Positions 1 through 8,197 of a stretch of 37,786 nucleotides of DNA are shown here, piece after piece. The DNA is taken from assembly GCA_050258155.1 (NCBI GenBank), contig JBLMYG010000124.1, positions 1 through 37,786 on the forward strand, written 5' to 3'. The stretch is from Acidithiobacillales bacterium. Its GTDB lineage: Bacteria; Acidobacteriota; Thermoanaerobaculia; UBA5066. Position numbers and translations under genes: made by a program. Under the pieces are notes generated by a model that was given only the letters and a program-made list of their open reading frames with translations, was not told the origin of the DNA and made no database searches. Each line of letters begins with the position of its first letter. The first letter of the stretch is position 1.

Positions 1-1
1 G

Positions 2-418
2 GCGATCCTGACGGCGATCGATGTCGAGAACCGGCGGATCAGCCTCTCCATCAAGGAATTCCGACCCAACGAGTGGGAGCAGTTCGCGGCCGCGCACCAG
101 CCCGGCGACATCCTCGAAGGCGTCGTCGCGAAAGTGGCCGATTTCGGCGTGTTCGTTCGGCTCCCGGAAGGTTTGGAGGGGCTGATGCACGTCTCGGAGA
201 CCGATCTGCCGCGAGGGGAGAGGCCCGCGGACCACTTCCGGGAGGGAGAGGCCGTCCGCGTGAAGATCCTCCGGATCGAGCCGGCAGAGCAGCGAATCGG
301 GCTCTCCTCGAGAGGTGTTCCCAAGGCCCCCCCGCCGGCGGTCGAAACGCCGGCTCCGGGGGATGCGGCGGGAGCTCCTGAGCCGGCAGAGAAGGGGAGG
401 GGGCCGGCCGAAACGTGA
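2..418 (+). CDS. rpsA: 30S ribosomal protein S1, C-terminal part (5' end lies outside the window)
   Basis: The frame is open from the window edge. The translation AILTAIDVENRRISLSIKEF...GDILEGVVAKVADFGVFVRLPEGLEGLMHVSE...VKILRIEPAEQRIGLS is a typical S1 OB-fold repeat. TGA at 416-418. It is followed by an IHF-like gene, as in the conserved rpsA-ihfB arrangement. Confidence 0.85.
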   Translation, partial: AILTAIDVENRRISLSIKEFRPNEWEQFAAAHQPGDILEGVVAKVADFGVFVRLPEGLEGLMHVSETDLPRGERPADHFREGEAVRVKILRIEPAEQRIGLSSRGVPKAPPPAVETPAPGDAAGAPEPAEKGRGPAET

Positions 419-485
419 GGGGCGGAGCGTAGCAGGATCGAGAACCCTCGGGACGCCCCGGCACCGGGGCCCCGGCGGAGGGACG

Positions 486-848
486 ATGGAGCAGGCAGGC
501 ATACCCCCGGCCCGCAGCGAAGGGACGACGACGAAGGCAGACCTCGTCGAGGAGGTTGCCAAGGCGACCGACCTGACGAAGAAACAGGCCGAGTTGATCG
601 TCGAGAAAGTCTTCGAGGGGATCATCGAGTCGCTTCGCGCCGGGCAGAAGATCGAGCTCCGGGGCTTCGGCAGCTTTCGCCTCCGTCAGCGCGGAGCCCG
701 TGTGGCCCGCAATCCGAAGAAGAGCGGCGTGAAGGTCATGGTGCCGCCGAAGCGGGTTCCCTACTTCAAGCCGGGAAAGAAGCTGAAGGAGCTGATCAAC
801 CCGGCCGTCGCCGTTCGGGCGGGCGAGACGCCCCAGACCGGAGGTTGA
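486..848 (+). CDS. ihfB: HU/IHF family DNA-binding protein, likely integration host factor beta-like
   Basis: ATG at 486 within ORF 315..848. TKADLVEEVAKATDLTKKQAELIVEKVFEGIIESLRAGQKIELRGFGSFRLRQRGARVARNPK...VPYFKPGKKLKELIN matches the HU/IHF fold signature (GFGSF, RNPK, arm, FKPGK). The position after rpsA supports the call. Confidence 0.75.
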   Translation: MEQAGIPPARSEGTTTKADLVEEVAKATDLTKKQAELIVEKVFEGIIESLRAGQKIELRGFGSFRLRQRGARVARNPKKSGVKVMVPPKRVPYFKPGKKLKELINPAVAVRAGETPQTGG

Positions 849-886
849 GAGCGGCGGCGCGCACGCCCCCGCGCTCCGCGCCGTCG

Positions 887-1402
887 ATGGAGATCCTCTA
901 CACGCCGTGGCGCCTCGCCTACCTGACCCGCGACGCCGGAACGATGGTGGAGGGATGTCTCTTCTGCGGGCTTCATCGCCTCGCCGACGCGGAGGCGCTC
1001 GTCGTCCACCGGGGCACGTCGGTCTACGCGGTCCTGAACCGCTACCCCTACTCGAGCGGACACCTGATGGTGACCCCCTACGCTCATCACGCGTCGCTGG
1101 CGGAGATGACGCCGGCGGAGCGGAGCGAGATGATGGAGTTGGCCGCTCTCGCGGAGCAGGTGCTCGGCGACGAGTACCGGTGCGACGGCCTCAACCTCGG
1201 CCTCAATCTCGGGAAGAGTGCCGGAGCGGGGGTGCCCGGGCACGCCCACCTTCACGTCGTCCCTCGCTGGGAAGGTGACACGAGCTTTCTGACCGTCATC
1301 GGCGGGGCGCGCACCCTCCCCGAGGATCTCGCCGTCACCCGCGAGCGGCTCGCGGGCGGCTTCGCCCGGGCCGCCGCACGCAAGGCGGAGGGAACGGCCT
1401 GA
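887..1402 (+). CDS. HIT family hydrolase (Ap4A phosphorylase/nucleotidyl-transferase-like)
   Basis: MEILYTPWRLAYL...CLFC... plus the histidine triad GHAHLHVVPRW. ATG at 887 is preferred over TTG at 845 because homologs begin right at the xLxxPWR motif. Confidence 0.8.
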   Translation: MEILYTPWRLAYLTRDAGTMVEGCLFCGLHRLADAEALVVHRGTSVYAVLNRYPYSSGHLMVTPYAHHASLAEMTPAERSEMMELAALAEQVLGDEYRCDGLNLGLNLGKSAGAGVPGHAHLHVVPRWEGDTSFLTVIGGARTLPEDLAVTRERLAGGFARAAARKAEGTA

Positions 1403-1515
1403 CCGGGCGCGGCGCCCCGCGGTCACTCGCCGTCGTCCTCCTGCTCGCGCTTCTCCTGCCCGGGCTGGGACAGGTCGCGGTCGGACGTCCGAAGCGCGGC
1501 CTGGCCCTGGGCCTC

Positions 1516-1779
1516 GTGGTCGCGGTCACGTTCCTGACCGGACTGCTCCTCCACGGCACCCTCCCGCGACCCGTGGCAGGCGAGCCGCTCTCGTGGCTGG
1601 GAGCGGCGGCGATCGCCGCGACCGGACTCTTCGGCGGGGCCGCATGGGCTCTCGGTGCCGGCCGGCCCGACCTGGCGCCGACCAACGAGGCCGGCTCGGC
1701 CTTTCTGCTGACGGCGGGGATCATGTCCCTTCTCCTCCTCCTCGACGCCGCCGATCGGGCGTGCCGGGGGACATCGTGA
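1516..1779 (+). CDS. Small hydrophobic membrane protein, unknown function (may start upstream at CTG 1399, see findings)
   Basis: ORF in frame 1 with several predicted TM helices (VAVTFLTGLLL, LGAAAIAATGLFGGAAWALG, AFLLTAGIMSLLLLL). The GTG at 1516 is the first canonical start. High GC3. Confidence 0.45.
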   Translation: MVAVTFLTGLLLHGTLPRPVAGEPLSWLGAAAIAATGLFGGAAWALGAGRPDLAPTNEAGSAFLLTAGIMSLLLLLDAADRACRGTS

Positions 1780-1958
1780 GCCTCCTCCGCGACCACGCTC
1801 TCCTGATGCTGCTTCACGCCACGCTCCTGGCGGCGTTCCTGGCGCTCCTCTGGCGGGAGGAGCCGCGCGCCGTCCGGCGGTTCTTCGGACTCACGTGGCT
1901 CGCCCTCGTGGGGGGAGGGCTCGCCCTTGCGTGGCTCCTCTCCCTTCCCCGGCCATGA
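1776..1958 (+). CDS. Small two-helix membrane protein, unknown function
   Basis: The GTG at 1776 overlaps the upstream TGA (GTGA). VSLLRDHALLMLLHATLLAAFLALLW...LTWLALVGGGLALAWLLSL. Its stop overlaps the lpxB ATG (ATGA). Confidence 0.4.
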   Translation: MSLLRDHALLMLLHATLLAAFLALLWREEPRAVRRFFGLTWLALVGGGLALAWLLSLPRP

Positions 1959-3118
1959 CGGTGCCGCTCAAGCTCCTCGTGTCGGCGGGAGAGGTTTCCG
2001 GCGACCAGCACGCCGCGGCGCTTCTGGCTGCCCTCGGCCGGCGGCTCCCCGGCCTCTCCGCCCTCGGCATCGGCGGAGACGGCTGCGCCAGCCTCGGCGT
2101 TCGCCTTCTCGCGCATCAGCGCGACCTCGCGGTCGTCGGCCTCGTCGAGGCCCTCGGAAAGATCCGCCTCGCACGCCGGCTGATCCGCGACCTGGTGGCG
2201 GCCGCGGTCTCCGAGGGTGTGGAGGCCGGCCTCCTCGTCGACGCGCCGGACTTCAACCTTCCGCTTGCGCGGAAACTGTACCGCGCCGGCATTCCGGTCG
2301 TCTTCTACGTATCGCCGCAGGTCTGGGCGTGGCGGCCGCGTCGCGCGGCGACGATCGCGCGGATCGGCCGGCGCCTCCTCGTCCTCTTCGAGTTCGAGAA
2401 GGGGTGGTACGACCGCCGGGGTCTCGGCGCCCGCGTCGTTTGGGTCGGGCACCCGCTCGTGGACCGCGCCGCAGAGGAGCTGGCAGGACCGGCGGCCCCT
2501 GCTCCGGCCGGCGGCCGGCGCCTCGTCCTCATGCCGGGCTCGAGGGACGGAGAGGTCCGCCGCCTCCTCCCCCTGATGCGCGATGCGGTGGCGATTCTCC
2601 GGAGGGACCACGCCGACCTTCAGGTCGCCCTCGTCAGGGCCGACTCGGTCTCCGCGACACTCCTCCGCGAAGTGGCCGGTCCCGCCCTCGACGGATGGAC
2701 CGTCGTCTCGGGAGAGCACCTCGCACTCCTCGCAGCGTCCGACGTCCTCGTCGTCGCCTCCGGGACGGCGACGGTCGAAGGCCTTCTGGCCGGACTCCCG
2801 ATGGTGGTCGTCTACCGCGTCAACCGGATCACCTATGCTCTGGGGCACCTGCTGGTGAAGGTGAAGCACGTCGCGATGGCCAACATCGTCTCCGACGACG
2901 GCTCCGGCGTCCGGGCGGTGCCGGAGCTGATCCAGGACGACGCGACCCCCGCGCGGATCGCGGCGGAGGCCGCTCTCTTCCTCGACGATCCGCGCCGCGC
3001 CGCGGAGTCGCGGCAGCGCCTCGCCGCGGGGCGCAGGCGCCTGGGGCCGCCCGGCGCCGCGGCCCGTGCCGCGGAGGCCCTTCTCGCGGCGCTCGGCCGC
3101 AGCGGAGGCGCTTCGTGA
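1955..3118 (+). CDS. lpxB: Lipid-A-disaccharide synthase
   Basis: MTVPLKLLVSAGEVSGDQHAAALLAAL...LLVDAPDFNLPLARKLYRAGIPVVFYVSPQVWAWRPRR...VGHPLVD is the classic LpxB N-terminal signature (AGE.SGD, D.PDFN, YV.P.VWAWR). Confidence 0.9.
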   Translation: MTVPLKLLVSAGEVSGDQHAAALLAALGRRLPGLSALGIGGDGCASLGVRLLAHQRDLAVVGLVEALGKIRLARRLIRDLVAAAVSEGVEAGLLVDAPDFNLPLARKLYRAGIPVVFYVSPQVWAWRPRRAATIARIGRRLLVLFEFEKGWYDRRGLGARVVWVGHPLVDRAAEELAGPAAPAPAGGRRLVLMPGSRDGEVRRLLPLMRDAVAILRRDHADLQVALVRADSVSATLLREVAGPALDGWTVVSGEHLALLAASDVLVVASGTATVEGLLAGLPMVVVYRVNRITYALGHLLVKVKHVAMANIVSDDGSGVRAVPELIQDDATPARIAAEAALFLDDPRRAAESRQRLAAGRRRLGPPGAAARAAEALLAALGRSGGAS

Positions 3119-5043
3119 CGGAGCGGCGCGGGCTCGCGTCCCGCGACGTCCGTCGCCTCGTGGCCCTCTTCCGCCCGCACCGGAAGGGAGCCGCCCTCGC
3201 GGTTCTCGCCATGCTCGGCGTGGCGCTCTCGACGGCCTTTGTGGCTTACCTCTTCGGGCCGCTCTTCGACCAGGTTCTGACGCCGGAGGCCCGGGTGGCC
3301 CTGACGAAGCAGGCCGAGGGGGGGGCCGCCGCGACCTCGGCGCTGAAGACGCTGACGGGAGGGGAGGGGATCCGGAAGACGCCCCCGATCCGCGCCCTCG
3401 ACGCCGGGCTGGAGGGGACGCTGACGGCTCTCGGCGTCGCGAAGGAGAGCCGGGGAGCGGCCATCCTTCTCGTCCTCTTCGGCGCGTTCCTCGTCAAGAA
3501 CCTCTGCTCATACGCCGCCCTCGCGCAGTTCAACACCGTCGGTCTCGCGTTCGTCCGCGACCTCAGGGCCGCTCTCTACGAGCGGCTCCTCGGCCAGTCG
3601 ACGGCGTTCTTCGCGCGGCACCCTTCGGGAGACCTGATCTCGCGCGCGACCGGCGACGTGGACCGGATCCAGTCTCTCTTCGGAACCGACCTGGCCGACC
3701 TGGCCCAGTCGCTGGCGACCCTTTCCAGCCTCGCCGTCCTCGTCGTCTCGCGCTCACCGGAGCTGACGCTGGTCGCGCTCGTCATCGCGCCGGCGATCGT
3801 CGTCCCCGTCGTGATCATCGCCAACCGCCTCCGGAAGATCTCGAAGGCGGCGCGCGAGCGGATGGGAGACCTGACGGGCGTCCTCTCCGAGACGATTCGC
3901 GGCCAGCGCGTGGTCCAGGCGTACGGCGCCGAGCGCTACGAGGCGGAGCGCTTCGGAGCCGTCAACGAGCGGACCTTCCGCCTCGCCCGCCGGGCCGCCC
4001 GGATCATGGCGTTCTCCTCGCCGCTCGTGGAGACGGCCTCCGCCCTCGCGTTCCTCGTCCTCCTCGCGTACGCAGGGAGCCGGATCGCCGCGGAGAAGCT
4101 GACGCTCGGGACCTTCATCTCCTTCGGCGTCGGCCTCGTCTACATGTACCAGCCCTTCAAGCGCGCCACCCGGATCAACCTTGCCCTCCAGACGGCGCTC
4201 GCCTCGGCGCGCCGCCTCTTCGAGATCCTCGATGCGCCCGTGGAGGTCGTGGACGCGCCGGACGCCCGTCCGCTCCCCCCGCTCGCGCGGGAGATCCGGC
4301 TGGACGGCGTCTCGTTCGCCTATCCCGGCGGCCCGCCCGTCCTTCACGAGATCTGCCTCGCCATCCCGCGGGGATCCGTCACGGCCCTCGTCGGGCCGTC
4401 GGGCGCCGGGAAGACGACGCTCGTGAACCTCCTGCCGCGCTTCATGGACGTGACCGGCGGCGCCGTAACGGTGGACGGCACCGACGTCCGGAGCGTGACG
4501 CTCGCGTCGCTCCGGGCGCAGATCGGTCTTGTCACGCAGGAGGTCATTCTCTTCGACGACACGGTCCGGAGGAACGTGGCCTATGGGCGGGGCGACGTCC
4601 CCGAGGAGCGGATTCTCGCGGCACTCGAAGGGGCGAACGCCCTCGGTTTCGTGAAGGCTCTGCCGCAGGGGCTCGACGCACGGCTGGGGGAGTCGGGCGC
4701 GCGCCTCTCGGGCGGCGAGCGGCAGCGCATCGCCATCGCACGGGCCCTGCTGAAGGACCCGCCGATCCTGATCCTGGACGAGGCGACGTCGTCCCTCGAC
4801 AGCGAAAGCGAGCGCGCGGTCCAGCAGGCCCTGGAGCGGCTGATGGCCGGACGGACGGTCGTCGTCATCGCCCACCGCCTCTCGACGGTGCGACGGGCCG
4901 ACCAGCTTCTCGTCCTCTCGGCCGGCCGGATCGTCGAGCGGGGACGGCACGCCAGCCTCCTCGCCGCCGGCGGGCTCTATCGCCGGCTGCACGACCTCCA
5001 GCTGTTCGAGCCGGAGCCGGGGGTGGAGGTCCCCGTGCGATGA
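3115..5043 (+). CDS. msbA: Lipid A export ABC transporter (permease + ATPase), MsbA-like
   Basis: The GTG at 3115 overlaps the lpxB TGA. It has a six-TM ABC exporter domain followed by Walker A GPSGAGKTT, the signature LSGGERQRIAIARA and Walker B ILILDEATSSLD. The position directly after lpxB supports the call. Confidence 0.85.
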   Translation: MTERRGLASRDVRRLVALFRPHRKGAALAVLAMLGVALSTAFVAYLFGPLFDQVLTPEARVALTKQAEGGAAATSALKTLTGGEGIRKTPPIRALDAGLEGTLTALGVAKESRGAAILLVLFGAFLVKNLCSYAALAQFNTVGLAFVRDLRAALYERLLGQSTAFFARHPSGDLISRATGDVDRIQSLFGTDLADLAQSLATLSSLAVLVVSRSPELTLVALVIAPAIVVPVVIIANRLRKISKAARERMGDLTGVLSETIRGQRVVQAYGAERYEAERFGAVNERTFRLARRAARIMAFSSPLVETASALAFLVLLAYAGSRIAAEKLTLGTFISFGVGLVYMYQPFKRATRINLALQTALASARRLFEILDAPVEVVDAPDARPLPPLAREIRLDGVSFAYPGGPPVLHEICLAIPRGSVTALVGPSGAGKTTLVNLLPRFMDVTGGAVTVDGTDVRSVTLASLRAQIGLVTQEVILFDDTVRRNVAYGRGDVPEERILAALEGANALGFVKALPQGLDARLGESGARLSGGERQRIAIARALLKDPPILILDEATSSLDSESERAVQQALERLMAGRTVVVIAHRLSTVRRADQLLVLSAGRIVERGRHASLLAAGGLYRRLHDLQLFEPEPGVEVPVR

Positions 5044-5912
5044 AGTCGATGACCGGATTCGGGCGCGCGGCGGCGACGCTTCCGGACGGAACGGAGGCCA
5101 CGGTGGCCGTCCGCGGCGTGAACCACCGGTTCCTCGACGTGTCGATGAAGCTTCGCGACGAGCTGGCTCCGGCCGAGCCTCTCCTTCGGAGGGCCGTAGC
5201 CGCCGTCGTCCACCGAGGACGGGTCGACCTGCTCGTCAGGACCGTCCGCCCCGCGGGGCGGACCGCTTCCTTCGACAGGGAGGCTGCCGTCCGCTACGCC
5301 GCAGCCTGGAAGGAGGCGGCTGCGGCGTCCGGCCTGCCGGCCGATCTGGCGGCGCGCGACCTCCTCGCGCTCCCGGGGGTCGTCCGCTCCGAGGACGCCT
5401 CGGCTCCCGACGAGATGGCGGTGGAGGCTCTCGTCCGTGTCGTCGAGAGGGCGATGGAAGCCTTCGACGCGACCCGCCGCCGCGAAGGGGAGGCGCTCGC
5501 GGCCGCACTCGCGGTGATCCTCTCGCGCCTGGAGGAGAGAGTGGGGCGCCTCGACGCGCAGCGGGTCGGGCTGACGGAGCGCCTGACGGCGACGCTCTCC
5601 GATCGGATCCGGAAGCTGGCCGGGACCGTCCCCCTCGACGAGGCGCGTCTCGTCCAGGAGGCGGCTCTCCTGGCCGACAGGGCGGACATTTCGGAGGAGA
5701 TCGACCGCCTGAAGGCCCATCTCGCGGAGGTCCGCCGCCTCCTCGACGCCGAGGGCCCGGTCGGCAAGCGGCTCGACCACCTCGCCCAGGAGCTTCACCG
5801 CGAGGTGAACACGGCGGGAGCCAAGGTGCGGGAGGCGGGCGCGACCCGGCTCGTCCTCGATCTGAAGTCGGATCTCGAGTCGCTGAAAGAGCAGATCCAG
5901 AACGTCGAGTGA
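5040..5912 (+). CDS. yicC: YicC family stress-induced protein
   Basis: MKSMTGFGRA...VRGVNHRFLDVSMKL...DISEEIDRLKAHL...GKRLDHLAQELHREVNT...LKEQIQNVE matches YicC N- and C-terminal domains. The yicC-gmk-rpoZ order is conserved. Confidence 0.85.
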   Translation: MKSMTGFGRAAATLPDGTEATVAVRGVNHRFLDVSMKLRDELAPAEPLLRRAVAAVVHRGRVDLLVRTVRPAGRTASFDREAAVRYAAAWKEAAAASGLPADLAARDLLALPGVVRSEDASAPDEMAVEALVRVVERAMEAFDATRRREGEALAAALAVILSRLEERVGRLDAQRVGLTERLTATLSDRIRKLAGTVPLDEARLVQEAALLADRADISEEIDRLKAHLAEVRRLLDAEGPVGKRLDHLAQELHREVNTAGAKVREAGATRLVLDLKSDLESLKEQIQNVE

Positions 5913-5922
5913 AGCGCATCCG

Positions 5923-6552
5923 ATGAGAAGCCGTGGCGACCTCTTCATCGTCTCCTCCCCGTCCGGGGCGGGGAAAACCACCCTCATCCGGCGCGTGCTG
6001 TCCGACCCGCGCGTCGCGCCCGGCACGCTCCACTTCTCCGTCTCGCACACGACGCGGACGCCGCGCCCGGACGAGACCGACGGCCGCGAGTACCATTTCG
6101 TCTCCTCCGCGGCGTTCCACGCCATCGCCGAGGAGGACGGCTTCCTGGAGCGGGCGGCGGTCCACGGCCACGACTACGGCACCTCGCGGCGGGAGGTGGA
6201 GCCCCGGCTGGCGGAGGGAGTGGACGTCATTCTCGACATCGACGTCCAGGGGGCCCGGCAGGTCCGCTCGCGCATCCCCGACGTCGTGAAGATCTTCGTC
6301 TTCCCTCCGTCCCGGGCCATCCTGGAGGCGCGTCTCCGGGCGCGGGCCTCGGACCCGCCGGAAGACGTGGCCCGGCGGCTCGCCGTCGCCGCGGACGAGA
6401 TGTCCGAGTTCGGCGAGTACGACTATGCGATAATCAACGACGATCTCGAGACTGCGGCAGATGAGCTGCGCTCGATCATCGTGGCCCGGAGAGCGGGCCG
6501 GAGCCGCCAGCGCGACCGCCTCGAGGCCATTCTGAAGACGTTCCAGGCGTAG
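5923..6552 (+). CDS. gmk: Guanylate kinase
   Basis: LFIVSSPSGAGKTTLIRRVL...HFSVSHTTRTPRPDETDGREYHFVS...ERAAVHGHDYGTS. Confidence 0.95.
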   Translation: MRSRGDLFIVSSPSGAGKTTLIRRVLSDPRVAPGTLHFSVSHTTRTPRPDETDGREYHFVSSAAFHAIAEEDGFLERAAVHGHDYGTSRREVEPRLAEGVDVILDIDVQGARQVRSRIPDVVKIFVFPPSRAILEARLRARASDPPEDVARRLAVAADEMSEFGEYDYAIINDDLETAADELRSIIVARRAGRSRQRDRLEAILKTFQA

Positions 6553-6561
6553 AGCCGAACG

Positions 6562-6588
6562 GGAGAAACTGGAGAAACTGGAGAAACC
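6562..6588 (+). repeat. Three tandem copies of a 9-bp unit (GGAGAAACT, GGAGAAACT, GGAGAAACC) in the gmk-rpoZ spacer
   Basis: Read directly from the sequence: gggagaaact ggagaaactg gagaaaccac cgc ATG. Each unit contains a GGAG Shine-Dalgarno-like core. Confidence 0.9.
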
Positions 6589-6593
6589 ACCGC

Positions 6594-6827
6594 ATGACCG
6601 ACGTTCCGCCGATCGAATCGAAGTTTCGCCTCGTCCACATCGCGGCACGCCGCGCCGAGCAGCTGATGATGGGGGCCCGGCCCAAAATGGAGACGAAGCA
6701 CGCGAAGGTGACGCGCGTCGCGCTTTCCGAGGTCGACAGCAACCTCGTCCGCTGGCAGCTGGCTCCGACGGAGCCGGCGAGCCCGGAGCTCCCGGCGGCC
6801 GATCCGCTTCCGACCGAGAGCGCCTGA
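6594..6827 (+). CDS. rpoZ: DNA-directed RNA polymerase subunit omega
   Basis: SKFRLVHIAARRAEQLMMGARPK is the RpoZ signature. Small size and position after gmk support the call. Confidence 0.9.
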   Translation: MTDVPPIESKFRLVHIAARRAEQLMMGARPKMETKHAKVTRVALSEVDSNLVRWQLAPTEPASPELPAADPLPTESA

Positions 6828-6985
6828 CGAGCCCTGACTCTCCCTTCCGCGACGCGCTCGCCGAGGCGCTCGCCTACTACAGGGACCTCGGCGTAGGAGA
6901 GCTCTATCTCGAGAGAGCCCCGGCCGCCGGGAGCCGTTCGGGTCAGGCCCGCGCTTCCGGCGACCCCGCGGCGCTCCTCCTTCCC

Positions 6986-7552
6986 GTGGCGCAGGAGGTC
7001 GCGTCCTGCCGGAAGTGCGGCCTCGGCGCGACGAGGACCCAGACCGTCTTCTCGGACGGCAGTCCTGAGGCCCGGATCCTTTTCGTCGGTGAAGCGCCCG
7101 GTGCGGACGAGGATGCACAGGGGGTTCCTTTCGTGGGGCGGGCCGGGCAGCTTCTGACGCGGATGATCGAGGACGGGATGGGGATTCCACGAAAGGACGT
7201 CTACATCTGCAACGTCCTGAAGTGCCGGCCCCCGGACAACCGGAATCCGGAGCCGTCCGAGATCTCCGCCTGCCGCGGCTACCTCGAGACGCAGATCGAG
7301 ACGATTCGGCCCGAGGTGATCGTGGCGCTCGGCAAGTTCGCGGCCCAGTTCCTCCTCGAGACGGAGGAAGGGATCATGCGGCTGCGCGGAAAGTGGGGCG
7401 ACTACCGCGGCATTCCCGTCATGCCGACGTTTCACCCGTCGTTCCTCCTCCGGCAGCCGGAGAAGAAGCGCGAGGCGTGGGAGGACCTTCTTCGCGTCCT
7501 CAAGCGCCTCGGCCTCCCGGCGCCGCGTCGGAAGGGGGGAGCCCCGAGGTGA
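6986..7552 (+). CDS. Uracil-DNA glycosylase, family 4 (coordinates from the first canonical start; the true start may be CTG 6824)
   Basis: CRKCGL...[45 protein letters not shown]...[17 protein letters not shown]...[10 protein letters not shown] are the family-4 UDG motifs (GEAPG, FVG.AG, KCRPP, HPS). Confidence 0.85.
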   Translation: MAQEVASCRKCGLGATRTQTVFSDGSPEARILFVGEAPGADEDAQGVPFVGRAGQLLTRMIEDGMGIPRKDVYICNVLKCRPPDNRNPEPSEISACRGYLETQIETIRPEVIVALGKFAAQFLLETEEGIMRLRGKWGDYRGIPVMPTFHPSFLLRQPEKKREAWEDLLRVLKRLGLPAPRRKGGAPR

Positions 7553-8196
7553 GAAGCTTCTCCCGGTTCCTGCTCGCCTTTCTCGTTCCGCTCGCCGTCG
7601 CGGTCGCCGTCTTCCTGCTCCCTTCGGCCTCCCGGAAAAAGGGCGACCGGGGGCGCGCCGCCGAACCGTCCGTCAGCCACCGCCTCGACCTCACCGGCCG
7701 GACGGCCGCCGAGAACCGTGCCATCGCGGCCGCCCTCGAGGCCCTGGAAAAGGAGAAGGGGTCCCCGGCCCTCCGCGTCGCCGAGGACGACGACGCCGCC
7801 CCCTCCGATGACCGGGACGACCTCAAGGATCTCTACGGGACGTACCACCCCTATTTCGTCCGTGGGGATCTGAACGGAGACGGCCTTCCCGACTTCGCTC
7901 AGGCTTTCGTGGAGAAGGGGCCATCCGGCTGGTTTCATGTCGCCGTCTTCTTTGCGAGGCCGGACGGCAGCTTCTTGCAGCCCGTCTGGGTCGAGCGCGC
8001 CGTCTCCCTCGCTGCAGGCGACATTTCGATGGAGAGGAGCCTCCTGATCGTGGTGCCGGATCTCTCCCTCGACGATGTCCGCCGCTGGCGCTGGGACCTG
8101 ATCGAGCATCGGTTCGTCGACGCGGACGCCGAAGGGGCCTCGGGCGGAGACAGCGGCGACGTGGCCCCGGAAGGGAAGCGTCGCGTCCGGATCTGA
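7549..8196 (+). CDS. Hypothetical membrane-anchored protein with one FG-GAP/calcium-binding-like motif
   Basis: The GTG at 7549 overlaps the UDG TGA. There is an N-terminal TM segment FLLAFLVPLAVAVAVFLL and a DLNGDGLPDF motif. No confident family assignment. Confidence 0.55.
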   Translation: MRSFSRFLLAFLVPLAVAVAVFLLPSASRKKGDRGRAAEPSVSHRLDLTGRTAAENRAIAAALEALEKEKGSPALRVAEDDDAAPSDDRDDLKDLYGTYHPYFVRGDLNGDGLPDFAQAFVEKGPSGWFHVAVFFARPDGSFLQPVWVERAVSLAAGDISMERSLLIVVPDLSLDDVRRWRWDLIEHRFVDADAEGASGGDSGDVAPEGKRRVRI

Positions 8197-8197
8197 C

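Noticed and set aside
845-886. TTG 845, overlapping the IHF stop, as the start of the HIT protein.
   Set aside because: The extra 14 residues (LRAAARTPPRSAPS) are low-complexity. HIT homologs of this type begin at the M..LY.PWR motif, so ATG 887 is preferred. The TTGA overlap is noted only as a possibility.
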